A stretch of 64,000 nt of DNA from Betaproteobacteria bacterium (GCA_039931685.1 JBDTRK010000001.1:7190-71189), one strand, 5' to 3'. Shown: positions 12,938 through 24,384, numbered from the stretch's first letter. The notes: generated by a model not told the origin, from the letters alone. Translations and numbers: made by a program.

Positions 12938-15115
12938 ATGGCCATTGCACGCGTTGCTCTCGACTGCCCGGTAAATTCGCTGTTCGACTACCGAACGGCC
13001 GGACCTGCTCCGCAGGTGGGGCAGCTTGTCGTCGTGCCGTTTGGCAGGCGACGACAGGTCGGCCTGGTTCTTGAGTTCGTTGATCACTCTGCCCTTGCCG
13101 ATAGTCGTCTGCGTGACATTGAGCGCATCCTGCCGGTAGAGCCCTTGCCAGGGGCTACGCTGGACCTGATTCGATTTTCCAGCGAGTACTATCAATACCC
13201 GATCGGGCAGGCGGCATTCGTCGCGTTGCCGGCGGCACTGCGGCGCGTGAGGTATGCGGGACCGAAACCACGGTGGCAGTATGTGCTCACAGATAAAGGC
13301 AGAGACCTGCATCCGGACCAATTTCCGGCGCGGGCCACCGTCAAGCGCCGGCTACTCGAAGCCTTGCACTCGGCGCCTGCATTGGGCCACGACAGCGTGC
13401 TCACCGTGTCTGCGAACGCCATGAAGCTGGTGGAGTCATGGGTAGAGGCCGGATGGGTGGCCAAGCATGCCGAACCGTACCCAGATGGCAAAGGCGAATT
13501 CACGACCAATGCGCAGCATGACCTCACCGACCAGCAGCGCGCTGCGGTCGACGCAGTTCGCGCCGGCTTCGGATCCTATTCCCCCTGGTTGCTGGAAGGC
13601 ATCACCGGGAGCGGAAAGACGGAGGTGTACTTCAGGCTGATCGAACAGGCCGCCAGTGCAGGCATGCAGACGCTGTTGATGGTCCCGGAAATTAATCTGA
13701 CCCCGCAGCTCGAAGAACGATTCCGCGGACGTTTCCCCGATTTGCAGCTGGTCAGCCTGCACAGCAATCTCGCCGAGGGCGAACGCTGTGCAAACTGGCT
13801 GGCTGCGCGCGCCGGCCACGCTCAGGTTGTGATCGGCACGCGCCTGTCGATCTTCACGCCGCTGCCGCAACTTGGCCTGATCATCGTCGACGAGGAGCAG
13901 GATGCATCCTTCAAGCAGCAGGATGGGCTGCGCTATTCGGCGCGCGATCTGGCCATATTTTGTGCGCACCAGCGGCGAGTTCCGATTCTTCTCGGTTCTG
14001 CCACGCCGTCCCTCGAGACCTATCACAATGCCCAAAACAAGCGCTTTGGCCATTTACATCTGAGCCGGCGTCCGGCCGCAGCCAGGGCCACCATCAGGCT
14101 GGTCGACATTCGCGGTATGGCCAAAGCGCAAAGTATGTCCGATCAGGTTTTGCAGGCCATTGGTGCAGGCCATACTCGTGGCGAGCAAAGCCTGATATTC
14201 CTGAATCGGCGCGGCTTTGCGCCGGTACTGATCTGCGCCGCGTGTGGCTGGAACGCGGGGTGCAGCCGCTGCAGCGCGCGCCTGGTCTGGCATCTTCGCG
14301 CCGCCGCCCTGCGTTGCCACTATTGCGGTCACCAGGAACGATTGCCACTCGCCTGTCCGTCCTGCGGCAATCAGGACCTCAAGGGGCTGGGCCAGGGTAC
14401 GCAGCGTCTTGAGCAGTCGTTGGGCGAACACTTCCCGGACGCCCGCATCCTGCGCATCGACCGTGACAGCACGCGCCGCAAGAGCGCCTGGCATGTGATG
14501 CAGGACGACATCCGCCGCGAACGCGTGGACATCTTGGTCGGCACGCAGATGCTCGCCAAGGGCCACGACTTTCCCAAACTGACGCTGGTTGTGGTTGTCA
14601 ATCCGGATGGCGCGCTGTTCTCCGCCGATTTTCGCGCCGGCGAGAGGTTGTTCCAGCAACTCATGCAGGTCGCCGGGCGGGCCGGGCGCGCGAATCTGCC
14701 AGGCGAGGTTCTCGTGCAGACGCAATTCCCGGATCATCCCCTGTACCAGGCGCTGGTGCGCCAGGATTACCGAAGCTTCGCCGAAGAATTGCTCGACGAG
14801 CGCAGGCGCGCCGTATTTCCGCCCTTCGTCTACCAAGCGCTGCTGCGGGCGGAATCGCAGAGCGAACCGGCCCTGATGGATTTTCTCGGCTACGCTTCGA
14901 GCAACGCCGGCCCGGCGCACGGTGCGGTCACGCTCTACGATCCGGTGCCGGCAACGGTCTCCAAAATTGCCGGCCATCATCGCGGCCACCTGCTGGCACA
15001 ATGCGCTTCTCGAACGGAATTGCAGCGCTTTCTGTCCGCATGGCGATCCTCGCTGGTTCAAAGGAAGGTGACCCGGGTGCGATGGTCCATCGATGTCGAT
15101 CCGATAGAACTGTGA
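12938..15115 (+). CDS. priA: Primosomal replication protein N' (PriA helicase)
   Basis: MAIARVALD N-terminus, Walker A GITGSGKTEVY, DEEQD box and a Cys-rich zinc-binding insert. Start chosen at the internal ATG at 12938. Confidence 0.93.
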   Translation: MAIARVALDCPVNSLFDYRTAGPAPQVGQLVVVPFGRRRQVGLVLEFVDHSALADSRLRDIERILPVEPLPGATLDLIRFSSEYYQYPIGQAAFVALPAALRRVRYAGPKPRWQYVLTDKGRDLHPDQFPARATVKRRLLEALHSAPALGHDSVLTVSANAMKLVESWVEAGWVAKHAEPYPDGKGEFTTNAQHDLTDQQRAAVDAVRAGFGSYSPWLLEGITGSGKTEVYFRLIEQAASAGMQTLLMVPEINLTPQLEERFRGRFPDLQLVSLHSNLAEGERCANWLAARAGHAQVVIGTRLSIFTPLPQLGLIIVDEEQDASFKQQDGLRYSARDLAIFCAHQRRVPILLGSATPSLETYHNAQNKRFGHLHLSRRPAAARATIRLVDIRGMAKAQSMSDQVLQAIGAGHTRGEQSLIFLNRRGFAPVLICAACGWNAGCSRCSARLVWHLRAAALRCHYCGHQERLPLACPSCGNQDLKGLGQGTQRLEQSLGEHFPDARILRIDRDSTRRKSAWHVMQDDIRRERVDILVGTQMLAKGHDFPKLTLVVVVNPDGALFSADFRAGERLFQQLMQVAGRAGRANLPGEVLVQTQFPDHPLYQALVRQDYRSFAEELLDERRRAVFPPFVYQALLRAESQSEPALMDFLGYASSNAGPAHGAVTLYDPVPATVSKIAGHHRGHLLAQCASRTELQRFLSAWRSSLVQRKVTRVRWSIDVDPIEL

Positions 15116-15170
15116 CGGGCGCGCATGATCGGCCCGGTATAATCGCGGCTTTTATCCTACCCAGTGCGCA

Positions 15171-16913
15171 ATGAGCAATACCACGCCTGACCTGCGTTCT
15201 CACCTCACCGATTTGCTGTATGCGGCGTTACATGTGGTCTCGCCCGATGCCGCCGCCATTCCCATCCTGCTTGAGCGTCCCAAATCCCTGCAGCACGGTG
15301 ACTACGCAACCAGCCTGGCAATGCAACTCGCCAAACCCCTGAAACGCAATCCTCGGGAAATCGCACAAGCGCTGGTGGCGGCATTGCCCGTATCACCGAT
15401 TCTCGACAAGGCCGAGGTGGCGGGTGCCGGATTCGTCAATTTGTATCTGAAGCCGGCAGTGAAACAACGGATCGTGCGCACAGTACTGGAAGATGAACGC
15501 GCATTCGGTCGCGTCAATCTGGGGCTTGGCCGCAGGGTGCAGGTTGAATTCGTTTCAGCCAATCCGACCGGACCTTTGCATGTCGGGCACGGGCGTGGCG
15601 CCGCTTATGGCGCAAGCCTGTCCAGTCTTCTGGAAGCGGCCGGCTATGCCGTATCCCGCGAGTACTACGTAAATGACGCCGGTCGCCAGATGGATATATT
15701 GGCGTTGTCCGTGTGGATGCGGTATCTGGAAATAAACGGATCAAAACTGGCTTTCCCACCCAACGCCTATCAGGGTGACTACGTACGCGACATGGCCCGC
15801 AAACTGCAGGTGGCGCAAAACACGCGTTACGTGCATCCGGCTGAAAGTGTCGTGGGCAGCGTTCCCCCGATCGAAGCCGATGCCGAGGCTTATCTCGACG
15901 GGTTGATAGCGAACCTCAAGAAGCTGCTGGGCGCACAGTTCGGCAGCCTGCATGATTTCGTCCTGAACGAACAGCTAGCTGATTGCCGCAGCGATCTGCT
16001 TGAATTCGGCGTTTCCTTCGACTCCTGGTTTTCTGAAGCCTCGTTGTTTGAAAGCGGTCTGGTCGAACGCGTCATCGACATGCTGGAAAAAGGCGGCCAT
16101 CTTTTTCGCAAGGAAGGAGCGCTCTGGTTCCGTTCGACCGATTACGGCGACGAAAAAGATCGCGTCGTGCAACGCGAAAACGGCCAGTACACCTATTTCG
16201 CATCGGACATTGCGTATCACCTGAACAAGTTCGAGCGGGGCTTCGACCGCGTCATCAATGTGTGGGGCGCGGATCACCATGGTTACATTGCGCGCGTCAA
16301 GGGCGCGCTGAGTGCGCTTGGCATGAACCCCGAACGGTTGACTATCGCGCTGGTGCAGTTTGCCGTGCTTTATCGAGCCGGCAAGAAAGCATCAATGTCC
16401 ACCCGTGCAGGAGAATTCGTAACGTTGCGCGAGTTGCGCAATGAAGTCGGCAACGATGCGGCGCGCTTTTTCTACGTAATGCGCAAGAGTGACCAACACC
16501 TGGATTTCGATCTAGACCTGGCAAAATCGCAAAGCAACGACAACCCCGTGTACTACATACAGTACGCCCATGCCCGCGTGTGCTCGGTAATGGAGCAATG
16601 GGGAGGAGATCAGGCGCAACTGGTCAACGCCGACCTGACGTCGCTCGTTGAAGAACAGGAGCTGCAGATGCTGCAGAAGGTGATGGACTATCCTGTACAG
16701 ATAGAGGGCGCTGCGCGCGAACTCGCACCGCATCTTGTCGCGTTTTATCTCAAGGATCTTGCGGGTGATTTTCATAGCTACTACAACTCCACACGTTTGC
16801 TGGTCGAGGACGATCGCATCAAGCTGGCTCGTCTGGCGCTGGCGGGGTGCGTTCGCCAGGTGCTGCGCAATGGACTCGACATTCTCGGCGTCGGCGCGCC
16901 CGACAAGATGTAA
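15171..16913 (+). CDS. argS: Arginine--tRNA ligase
   Basis: 580 aa. Class I HIGH-type motif (PTGPLHVGHGR) and a KMSTR-like MSTR motif. Confidence 0.97.
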   Translation: MSNTTPDLRSHLTDLLYAALHVVSPDAAAIPILLERPKSLQHGDYATSLAMQLAKPLKRNPREIAQALVAALPVSPILDKAEVAGAGFVNLYLKPAVKQRIVRTVLEDERAFGRVNLGLGRRVQVEFVSANPTGPLHVGHGRGAAYGASLSSLLEAAGYAVSREYYVNDAGRQMDILALSVWMRYLEINGSKLAFPPNAYQGDYVRDMARKLQVAQNTRYVHPAESVVGSVPPIEADAEAYLDGLIANLKKLLGAQFGSLHDFVLNEQLADCRSDLLEFGVSFDSWFSEASLFESGLVERVIDMLEKGGHLFRKEGALWFRSTDYGDEKDRVVQRENGQYTYFASDIAYHLNKFERGFDRVINVWGADHHGYIARVKGALSALGMNPERLTIALVQFAVLYRAGKKASMSTRAGEFVTLRELRNEVGNDAARFFYVMRKSDQHLDFDLDLAKSQSNDNPVYYIQYAHARVCSVMEQWGGDQAQLVNADLTSLVEEQELQMLQKVMDYPVQIEGAARELAPHLVAFYLKDLAGDFHSYYNSTRLLVEDDRIKLARLALAGCVRQVLRNGLDILGVGAPDKM

Positions 16914-16927
16914 GGTAAACTTGCGCT

Positions 16928-17527
16928 ATGAACCGGGACTACAAAAACACGAGAGCTGCGGCGACGAGCGGAGGCGGCAGTTCGATGTGGATGGGGATCC
17001 TGATCGGATTGCTGATCGGCCTTTGTATCGCGCTCGGCGTCGCGCTTTACATCAACAAGGGCGTAAATCCTTTTTTCCAGAAACAGAAGTCCGCGGAAAA
17101 AACGCAGGAAAAACCCGCAGAGCAGCAGGCTCCGCCCCAAACGGGGCAGTCGCCCAAACAGGGCGCCGGTGGAAAAAACGCCAAGGGCGCAGAAGCGAAA
17201 CCGCGCTTCGACTTCTATAAGATACTGCCGGGGACCGAGGAGGCGGTTACCGACAAGGAATTCAAGAGGGCATCGCCCGCAGCAGCCAAGGAGGTTTATT
17301 TCCTGCAAGTGGCTGCATTCCAGAGTCCGTCGGATGCAGACAACCTCAAGGCGCGCCTTGCGCTCGCGGGGATCGAGGCACAAATCCAGACTGCGACCTT
17401 GCCAGACGGAAAGGTCTGGCACCGGGTAAGAGTCGGCCCGTTCTCGGACCAAAATGAACTAAGCAAGTCGCGCGCGGCTCTGAAGGAAAACAAGCTGGAA
17501 GCGAACCTGATCAAGGTCCGCGAATAG
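16928..17527 (+). CDS. SPOR domain-containing membrane protein (FtsN/DedD-like)
   Basis: N-terminal TM helix, low-complexity linker, C-terminal SPOR-like repeat (FLQVAAFQSPSDADNLKARLAL...WHRVRVGPF). Sits in argS-SPOR-dsbA synteny. Confidence 0.8.
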   Translation: MNRDYKNTRAAATSGGGSSMWMGILIGLLIGLCIALGVALYINKGVNPFFQKQKSAEKTQEKPAEQQAPPQTGQSPKQGAGGKNAKGAEAKPRFDFYKILPGTEEAVTDKEFKRASPAAAKEVYFLQVAAFQSPSDADNLKARLALAGIEAQIQTATLPDGKVWHRVRVGPFSDQNELSKSRAALKENKLEANLIKVRE

Positions 17528-17558
17528 GGCACAGACTGACAACGTTACGGGAATAGCC

Positions 17559-18218
17559 ATGAAACAACTGCGCATCACATTGCTTGCCGCACTGACGATC
17601 CTGGGATTCATACTCGCGCCTGCCATCGACGCCAAGCCTGTACTCGAAAAGGAATACAAGCTGATCAATCCGCCACAGGCCCAGCCGGCTACGGTGAAAG
17701 GGGTGGAGGTACTGGAGTTCTTCAACTACGCCTGCCCGCATTGCTATGAGTTCGAGCCGAACCTGAAGACCTGGCTGAAGAGCAAGCCGAAGAGCGCGGA
17801 TTTTCGTTATGTTCCTGCAGTTTTCAATGAGCGCATGATTCCGCTCGCCAAGATTTACTACGCGCTCGAAGAAATGGCGTTGCTGGATAAATTGCATGAC
17901 AAGGTGTACTTCGCGATCCATCAACAGCAGCTGAATCTGATCGATCGGACGGTACTGTTCAAGTGGGTGGGCGAACAGGATGTCGATACCAAGAAGTTCG
18001 AGGCGGTGTTCGACTCCTTCAGCGTTAACAACAAGGTGCAGAAAGCCATGTTGATGACGCGCAACTATCGCATCCCCGGCACGCCCTACCTCGTCATCGG
18101 CGGGCGCTATCTGACCGGCCCGTCCATGATCGTGAGCGCCGACGGCAACGTCGATCAGGCCCAGCTGAGGAAGGTTTTGAACGAATTGATCGACATGAGT
18201 CAGGGTGGTAGCCGCTAA
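17559..18218 (+). CDS. dsbA: Thiol:disulfide interchange protein DsbA
   Basis: Signal peptide, thioredoxin fold, CPHC active site (FFNYACPHCYEFEP). Confidence 0.9.
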   Translation: MKQLRITLLAALTILGFILAPAIDAKPVLEKEYKLINPPQAQPATVKGVEVLEFFNYACPHCYEFEPNLKTWLKSKPKSADFRYVPAVFNERMIPLAKIYYALEEMALLDKLHDKVYFAIHQQQLNLIDRTVLFKWVGEQDVDTKKFEAVFDSFSVNNKVQKAMLMTRNYRIPGTPYLVIGGRYLTGPSMIVSADGNVDQAQLRKVLNELIDMSQGGSR

Positions 18219-18236
18219 CCCGCTTGCGGCGGGACA

Positions 18237-18887
18237 GTGAAGCGGTACAACGTTGCCGGGCGCTGCGCACTCCTGATCGTGTTCGCAGCATTGTCGGTGC
18301 CGGCAATCACTCCGGCAGCGGCGCAGCCAGGGGAAGACGTCGACTATGTTGTCGTCGCGCCGCAGCCGGCCGCCGTGCCCGGCAAGATCGAGATAATCGA
18401 GTTCTTTTTCTACGGCTGCGAAGCCTGCAGCCGCCTCGAACCACGATTGCAATCCTGGTTGAGATCTCTGCCAGCAGACGTTGCATTCCGGCGCGTGCCC
18501 GCCTTGCGCCGCACGGCCTGGGTTCCGCTCACGCGGCTTTACTTCGTTCTTGAACAACTCGGGGAAGTCGAAAGATTACATGCGCGTGTCTATCAGGCCG
18601 TGCACGATGACGGTTTGAATCTGGGCAACATTTCCGAACTCTTCCCATGGGCGCAGCGAGCCGGTCTCGATCGAGGCCGACTTGAGGAGCTTCTGGATTC
18701 CGATCTGATCGGCGCGCAGGTGCAGCGGGCGCGCGATACCACCATTGCTTTTGGCATAACCGCCACGCCATCGTTTATCGTGGACGGTCGATATCTGACC
18801 AGCGCCGGCATGACCGGCAGTGTGGAAGCGCTATTGCCCGTCGTGGACGGGCTGGTCAAAAAAGTGCGAGCGTCGCGCGGTCAATGA
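18237..18887 (+). CDS. DsbA-family thiol:disulfide oxidoreductase paralogue (CEAC active site)
   Basis: GTG start, signal peptide, FFFYGCEACSRLEP motif. Collinear with the DsbA fold of the preceding gene. Confidence 0.8.
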   Translation: MKRYNVAGRCALLIVFAALSVPAITPAAAQPGEDVDYVVVAPQPAAVPGKIEIIEFFFYGCEACSRLEPRLQSWLRSLPADVAFRRVPALRRTAWVPLTRLYFVLEQLGEVERLHARVYQAVHDDGLNLGNISELFPWAQRAGLDRGRLEELLDSDLIGAQVQRARDTTIAFGITATPSFIVDGRYLTSAGMTGSVEALLPVVDGLVKKVRASRGQ

Positions 18888-19663
18888 TGGTCACGCCTGC
18901 GCAAAAGGTCATCATTACCGGCGCGTCGAGCGGCATCGGCAGAGCACTTGCGCAGGAATATGCCAGGCGCGGGGCGACGCTCGGACTGATTGCTCGCAGG
19001 GAGGACCTGCTCGAGCAACTGGCGGCATCGCTGCCGGTGCGGTCCTATTGTTACGCGGTCGACGTGACGGATGCGGATGCGTTGGCTGCTGCCGCGGCAA
19101 ATTTCACTGCCCACGCAGGGTGTCCTGATATCGTAATTGCGAACGCCGGCGTGAGTGCCGGCACGCTGACTGCGCATAGCGAAGACAACGCGGTGTTCGA
19201 CGAAGTGATCAGGGTCAACCTGATGGGAATGATGCTGACCTTCCAGCCCTTCGTCGACGCTATGAGGACGCGACGGGACGGGATTCTGGCCGGAATTGCC
19301 AGCGTAGCGGGCTTGCGCGGCCTGCCGGGCGCGGCCGCCTATTCGGCGTCGAAGGCGGCGGCGATTTCCTATCTCGAGAGCCTGCGGGTAGAACTGCATG
19401 GCAGCGGCGTGTCGGTGGTGACCATCTGCCCCGGGTATATCGCCACGCCGATGACTTCAAGCAATCCGTACCGCATGCCGTTCATGTTGGACCCGGCTGC
19501 CGCAGCTTCCAAGATTGCCGACGCGATTGCCGTACACAAGCGATTTTATGTCCTTCCGTGGCAAATGGCGATGGTCTCTTGGGTACTTCGTCGCCTGCCC
19601 CGACCACTTTACGACGCCTTGTTCGCCCGCGCGCCGCATAAACCCAGGCGTTCAAGCGAATGA
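18884..19663 (+). CDS. Short-chain dehydrogenase/reductase (SDR) family oxidoreductase
   Basis: TGASSGIGRA cofactor motif and YSASKAA catalytic motif. Start overlaps the previous stop (ATGA). Confidence 0.85.
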   Translation: MMVTPAQKVIITGASSGIGRALAQEYARRGATLGLIARREDLLEQLAASLPVRSYCYAVDVTDADALAAAAANFTAHAGCPDIVIANAGVSAGTLTAHSEDNAVFDEVIRVNLMGMMLTFQPFVDAMRTRRDGILAGIASVAGLRGLPGAAAYSASKAAAISYLESLRVELHGSGVSVVTICPGYIATPMTSSNPYRMPFMLDPAAAASKIADAIAVHKRFYVLPWQMAMVSWVLRRLPRPLYDALFARAPHKPRRSSE

Positions 19664-19679
19664 TCGTGCCGCGCATTGT

Positions 19680-20333
19680 TTAGTGCAGCGATATTCCCAA
19701 TACGGATTCGAGTTCTACAATCGCGACCTCAGGGTCTTCCACCTTGATGGTGTGCATGCCCATGGCTCGCGCCGGCTTCAGGTTGGTTCCCAGGTCATCC
19801 AGGTAGACCGCCTCGGATGGGACTATGCGAAGCTGTTGGCATGCCAATTCAAAAAATCGGGCTTCCGGCTTGCGCACACCAACTCGCGACGACTCGATGA
19901 CGACATCAAACAAGCCCATGATCTCGCGCCATTCGTCGGCTCGTGCCGGATCGCGATCGAATCCGCGTCCGGGACCTGCTGCCACGTTATTAGTCACACA
20001 GGCATTGGTATAGCAGCGCTTGGATGCCTTCAACGCGGCAACCATCGCTGGCCGAACCGCGCCGTACAGCAGATCGATGACTTCGAGCCCTCGCACCTCA
20101 AAGCCGGCCAGGCGCGATTCCTCGGCGAAGGCCTCGTCGAACTGAAGGGGCGAGAGCTCCGAGCGCTCGAATCGAGCCCAGGCATTGTGGTCGTGGTTGC
20201 GAGCGTTGATTGCACGCAGGAAGTCTGCTGGCAGGCCGCGCTCTTTCTCGAATCGCTGGAATGCCAGGAAGGGGCTTTCGGTCATGACGCCACCAAAGTC
20301 CCACAGCACGGCGCGAATTGCGGGATTGACCAT
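19680..20333 (-). CDS. HAD-superfamily hydrolase (epoxide hydrolase N-terminal-like phosphatase subfamily)
   Basis: DFGGV motif I near the N-terminus, downstream K and DD motifs (YLDDLGTNLKPA). Confidence 0.8.
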   Translation of the reverse strand: MVNPAIRAVLWDFGGVMTESPFLAFQRFEKERGLPADFLRAINARNHDHNAWARFERSELSPLQFDEAFAEESRLAGFEVRGLEVIDLLYGAVRPAMVAALKASKRCYTNACVTNNVAAGPGRGFDRDPARADEWREIMGLFDVVIESSRVGVRKPEARFFELACQQLRIVPSEAVYLDDLGTNLKPARAMGMHTIKVEDPEVAIVELESVLGISLH

Positions 20334-20337
20334 CGGT

Positions 20338-20814
20338 CTATTTCTGGGCCTTCTTGTAAGCCTCCACCGCGCGCTTGAGTTCCTTGTATTCTTCGCAGGG
20401 AATTGGCGTGCATTGCCTCTGCAACTCAGCCAGATGCTGCTCGGCCAGGGGCAAGTTACCGGTTAGCAGATAAGCTTCGCCGATGTATTCATGCGCGTGG
20501 CGATTCGATGGATCGAGCTTCAGGGCCTGCTTGTACTCGGCAAATGACGCATCGAAATTTCCAGATTTTCGATAGGCGTATCCGAGGAGGTTGTGGGCCT
20601 CTGAATTGTTCGAAGTGGTCTGCATGGCCTTCGAGAGCAAGTCGATCGCCGCTTTCCAATCCTGCGCTTCTACGGCTTTTTTGCCCCGCAGATAGATTGG
20701 ATCGATACTTTGGTTGTCTTCCTCAGCGCCCATGTTCGCGGTTGCGGCCGGCAAATTGACCAGACTCAGGGCGAAGACAAGCGCGACCAGCAGCAGCTTT
20801 ATGAATTTTCGCAT
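20338..20814 (-). CDS. Secreted TPR-repeat protein
   Basis: Signal peptide (MRKFIKLLLVALVFALSLVN...), then TPR-like repeats (AHNLLGYAYRKSGNFDASFAEYKQALKLDP). Start placed at the second ATG, behind a GGAGGAGG Shine-Dalgarno. The ORF track begins at 20826. Confidence 0.75.
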   Translation of the reverse strand: MRKFIKLLLVALVFALSLVNLPAATANMGAEEDNQSIDPIYLRGKKAVEAQDWKAAIDLLSKAMQTTSNNSEAHNLLGYAYRKSGNFDASFAEYKQALKLDPSNRHAHEYIGEAYLLTGNLPLAEQHLAELQRQCTPIPCEEYKELKRAVEAYKKAQK

Positions 20815-20847
20815 TTCCTCCTCCATTTGACGGCTCGAGTCGCCTTT

Positions 20848-22677
20848 TTATTCGACCGTGACGGACTTCGCCAGGTTTCGCGGCTTGTCGACATCGGTGC
20901 CCTTGGCAAGGGCGGCATGATAGGCAAGCAACTGTAGCGGCACCGTGTGCAGGATGGGGCTCAGAAAGCCCGCGTGTTCGGTCATGCGAATGACGTGCAC
21001 CCCGTCCCCCGCCTGAATATGGGAGTCGGCATCGGCAAAGACGTAGAGTTCACCACCGCGCGCGCGCACTTCCTGCAGATTGGATTTGAGCTTCTCCAGC
21101 AATGTGTCGTTCGGCGCAATTGCGATCACCGGCATATCCTTGTCCACGAGGGCGAGCGGACCGTGCTTGAGTTCGCCAGCCGGGTAGGCCTCCGCATGAA
21201 TATAGGAGATCTCCTTGAGTTTGAGCGCACCTTCCATGGCGATCGGATAGTGCACGCCCCGGCCGAGGAACAACGCGTGGTGCTTGCCGGAAAACTGTTT
21301 CGCCCACATCGCCACTTCCGGTTCGAGCGTGAGCACATGCCGCAGCGCCGACGGCAAATGGCGCAGCGCATGCAAATGCGCCTGCTCCGTTGCCGCATCA
21401 AGACGACCGCGCGCTTTTGCCAGAACCAGCGTCAGCAGGAACAGTGCCGAAAGTTGTGTGGTGAAGGCCTTGGTGGAGGCGACGCCGATCTCGGGGCCGG
21501 CGCGCGTCAGAAATTTCAGACTGGCGTGCCGGATCAAGGTGCTTTCCGCGACGTTGCAAATGGCCAAGGTCAGATTCTGCCCGAGCGATTTGGCAAATTG
21601 TAGCGCCGCTATTGTGTCGGCTGTTTCCCCGGACTGGGAGATGGCGATGACCAGCGCTTGCGGATTCGGCACGCTTTGCCGATAACGATACTCGCTGGCG
21701 ATTTCGACGGAGCACGGTATGCCGGCGATGGCCTCGATCCAGTAACGCGCGACCAAACCGGCGTGATAGCTGGTTCCGCAAGCCAGCACGGTGACCGCAT
21801 TGATGCGTTTCATCGTGCCATCGGCCTCGACTCCGAACAACTGCGGCACGATCGACTGCGCGCCGGTGACCATCTCCAGCGTGTTGGCTACCGCTCCAGG
21901 CTGCTCGAAGATCTCCTTTTGCATGTAGTGGCGGTATGGTCCAAGCTCGACTGCGTCCGCGGACAGCGTGCTTTCGTGCACCGGCCGGACCACTTCGTTG
22001 CCCGCGCCGTCGCAGATGCGTATGCTATCCCGGCCGATCTGCGCCACGTCGCCTTCTTCGAGATAGATGATTTTCCTGGTGACTTGCAGCAAGGCCGAAG
22101 CATCCGACGCGGCGAAGTTCTCGCCTTCTCCCAATCCGAGCAGCAGTGGCGCGCCCTTGCGTGCGACGACCAGCATGTCAGGACTCTTTTCGGACAGTAC
22201 CGCGATCGCATATGCCCCGCGCAACTCGGCGACGGCGCTTTGCACCGCGGCGAACGGATCGGCCCCCTGCTTCCAGTACGAGTGGATCAGGTGGGCAACG
22301 ACTTCGGTGTCGGTGTCCGAGACGAAGCGATAGCCGGCTGCGGAAAGCCGCTCACGCATCTCTTCGTGGTTCTCGATGATGCCGTTATGGACGACCGCGA
22401 GGCCGTCCTCACTAATGTGGGGATGAGCATTGCGCTCCGATGGCACGCCGTGCGTGGCCCAACGGGTGTGCGCAATGCCAAGGCTGCCGTGAGTCTTGGC
22501 CTGGTCCACCATGGCGACGAGCGAAGCCACTCTGCCGGTGCTGCGTAGTCGATGCAGGCCGCCGTTGACAACTGCGATGCCGGCGGAGTCGTAGCCGCGA
22601 TACTCGAGCTTGCGCAAGCCTTCGAGCAGGACGGGAACAATGTTGCGCCGGGCGATTGCGCCTACGATTCCACACAT
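20848..22677 (-). CDS. glmS: Glutamine--fructose-6-phosphate aminotransferase
   Basis: MCGIVG N-terminal nucleophile, two SIS domains, C-terminal KSVTVE. 609 aa. Confidence 0.97.
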   Translation of the reverse strand: MCGIVGAIARRNIVPVLLEGLRKLEYRGYDSAGIAVVNGGLHRLRSTGRVASLVAMVDQAKTHGSLGIAHTRWATHGVPSERNAHPHISEDGLAVVHNGIIENHEEMRERLSAAGYRFVSDTDTEVVAHLIHSYWKQGADPFAAVQSAVAELRGAYAIAVLSEKSPDMLVVARKGAPLLLGLGEGENFAASDASALLQVTRKIIYLEEGDVAQIGRDSIRICDGAGNEVVRPVHESTLSADAVELGPYRHYMQKEIFEQPGAVANTLEMVTGAQSIVPQLFGVEADGTMKRINAVTVLACGTSYHAGLVARYWIEAIAGIPCSVEIASEYRYRQSVPNPQALVIAISQSGETADTIAALQFAKSLGQNLTLAICNVAESTLIRHASLKFLTRAGPEIGVASTKAFTTQLSALFLLTLVLAKARGRLDAATEQAHLHALRHLPSALRHVLTLEPEVAMWAKQFSGKHHALFLGRGVHYPIAMEGALKLKEISYIHAEAYPAGELKHGPLALVDKDMPVIAIAPNDTLLEKLKSNLQEVRARGGELYVFADADSHIQAGDGVHVIRMTEHAGFLSPILHTVPLQLLAYHAALAKGTDVDKPRNLAKSVTVE

Positions 22678-22732
22678 AAATGTCGTGATTGGTTAATGGG
22701 TGATCGGAACGACTTCGGATTGCTAAATCTGC

Positions 22733-24109
22733 CTATTTCTCACTCTTTTTGGCCGGCCGTTTCCAGCCTGGAATCGAAATTTGCTTGGCGCGCGACAACG
22801 TCAGCGAATCGGGCGGCGCGTCCTTGGTGATGGTGCTTCCGGCGCCAATTGTTGCGCCGCGGCCGATCGTGACCGGGGCGACGAGTTGCGTATCCGAGCC
22901 GATGAAGGCGTCGTCCTCGATTACCGTGCGATGCTTGTTGGCACCGTCGTAGTTGCATGTGATTGTCCCGGCGCCGATGTTGACCCTGCTGCCGATGGTC
23001 GTGTCTCCGATGTAACTCAGATGATTGGCCTTGGACCGGTCGCCGACCTCCGCGGCCTTGGTCTCTACGAAGTTGCCAATGTGCACCGCGTTGGCCAGCC
23101 GCGTGCCAGGGCGCAGGCGCGCGTAGGGGCCAATCCTGCAGTTGGCGCCGGCCACCGCGCCGTCGAGATGGGAATAAGGTGCAATCTCGCTGCCTTCACC
23201 GATGTCCACGTCGCGTAGCACGCAACCCGCACCTACTTTCACATTGCCGGCCAGCCGCACCTTCCCTTCGAACACGCAGTTCACATCGATGAAGACATCG
23301 GCGCCGCACTCGAGTTGGCCGCGCAGGTCGAAACGCCACGGATCGGCCAGCGTTACCCCGCGAGCCATCAGGTCGCGGGCCTGCTGCAATTGGTAAACGC
23401 GTTCGAGGTAAGCCAACTGGTCTTTGCTGTTCACGCCGAGAATCTCCCAGTCGTCCGATGGTTGCGCCGAAGTCACGTCCACTTTCGAATCGATCGCCAG
23501 TGGCACGATGTCGGTCAGGTAGTATTCTTTCTGCGCATTACGGTTAGTCAGCTTGGACAGCCAGTGTCGCAGGAGGTCGGTTGGCGCGCATAAAATTCCG
23601 GTATTGATCTCGCAGATGCGCTTTTCGAGGGCGGTGGCGTCTTTTTCCTCGACTATGCGCACTATACGGTCGGCCTTATCGCGCACGATTCGACCGTATC
23701 CTGCCGGCTCTGAGATTTGTGCAGTAAGCAATCTCAAGCCCGGCCTGGAGAGGAGAGGCTCCAGCGTCGAATTGCGCGTAAGCGGAACGTCGCCGTACAA
23801 CACCAGCGTTGTACCGCCGGACAGCAAGTGAGGCAGAGCTTGCTGGACTGCGTGCCCAGTGCCGAGCTGCGGTTCCTGAGGTACGAATTCGACGGCGGCA
23901 TCGGCAAAGGCGGCGGGCACTGCCTGTCCGCCGTAGCCGTAGACTACGACAGTTCTATCCGACCGCAGAGCAGCCGCCCGATCGAGCACATGACCGAGCA
24001 TCGGCTTGCCGCCGATCGCGTGCAAGACCTTGGGGTGCGCGGAGTGCATGCGCGTACCCTTGCCTGCAGCAAGGATGACGATGTTGAGGGGCGCTTTTTT
24101 CACAGTCAA
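22733..24109 (-). CDS. glmU: Bifunctional UDP-GlcNAc pyrophosphorylase / GlcN-1-P acetyltransferase
   Basis: LAAGKGTRM motif, C-terminal left-handed beta-helix hexapeptide repeats, adjacent to glmS. Confidence 0.95.
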   Translation of the reverse strand: MTVKKAPLNIVILAAGKGTRMHSAHPKVLHAIGGKPMLGHVLDRAAALRSDRTVVVYGYGGQAVPAAFADAAVEFVPQEPQLGTGHAVQQALPHLLSGGTTLVLYGDVPLTRNSTLEPLLSRPGLRLLTAQISEPAGYGRIVRDKADRIVRIVEEKDATALEKRICEINTGILCAPTDLLRHWLSKLTNRNAQKEYYLTDIVPLAIDSKVDVTSAQPSDDWEILGVNSKDQLAYLERVYQLQQARDLMARGVTLADPWRFDLRGQLECGADVFIDVNCVFEGKVRLAGNVKVGAGCVLRDVDIGEGSEIAPYSHLDGAVAGANCRIGPYARLRPGTRLANAVHIGNFVETKAAEVGDRSKANHLSYIGDTTIGSRVNIGAGTITCNYDGANKHRTVIEDDAFIGSDTQLVAPVTIGRGATIGAGSTITKDAPPDSLTLSRAKQISIPGWKRPAKKSEK

Positions 24110-24384
24110 ACGCGAACAGGACGGCCGGAATTATCGCACAAGCCCCACACCGGGTAGCAGGCGACAGACGCGCCGTCGCGGCGCCCTGCATCAAGGCGCG
24201 GAAGGTCGTTGTCGGGAACGGCGGGCTGCGCCAGGGATGCGGCTATACGTTCTGGCAGGGTTTCCGCGGAGGCAGCGCATATGCTTGCCGGCTGCAGCGC
24301 TGGCAAAAACAAAAAATTGGGACTGATCCGCAAGGGCAGGCTATTCACAAGGGCTCCGTTGGAAGCAGGGTTATCGTCATAGCC

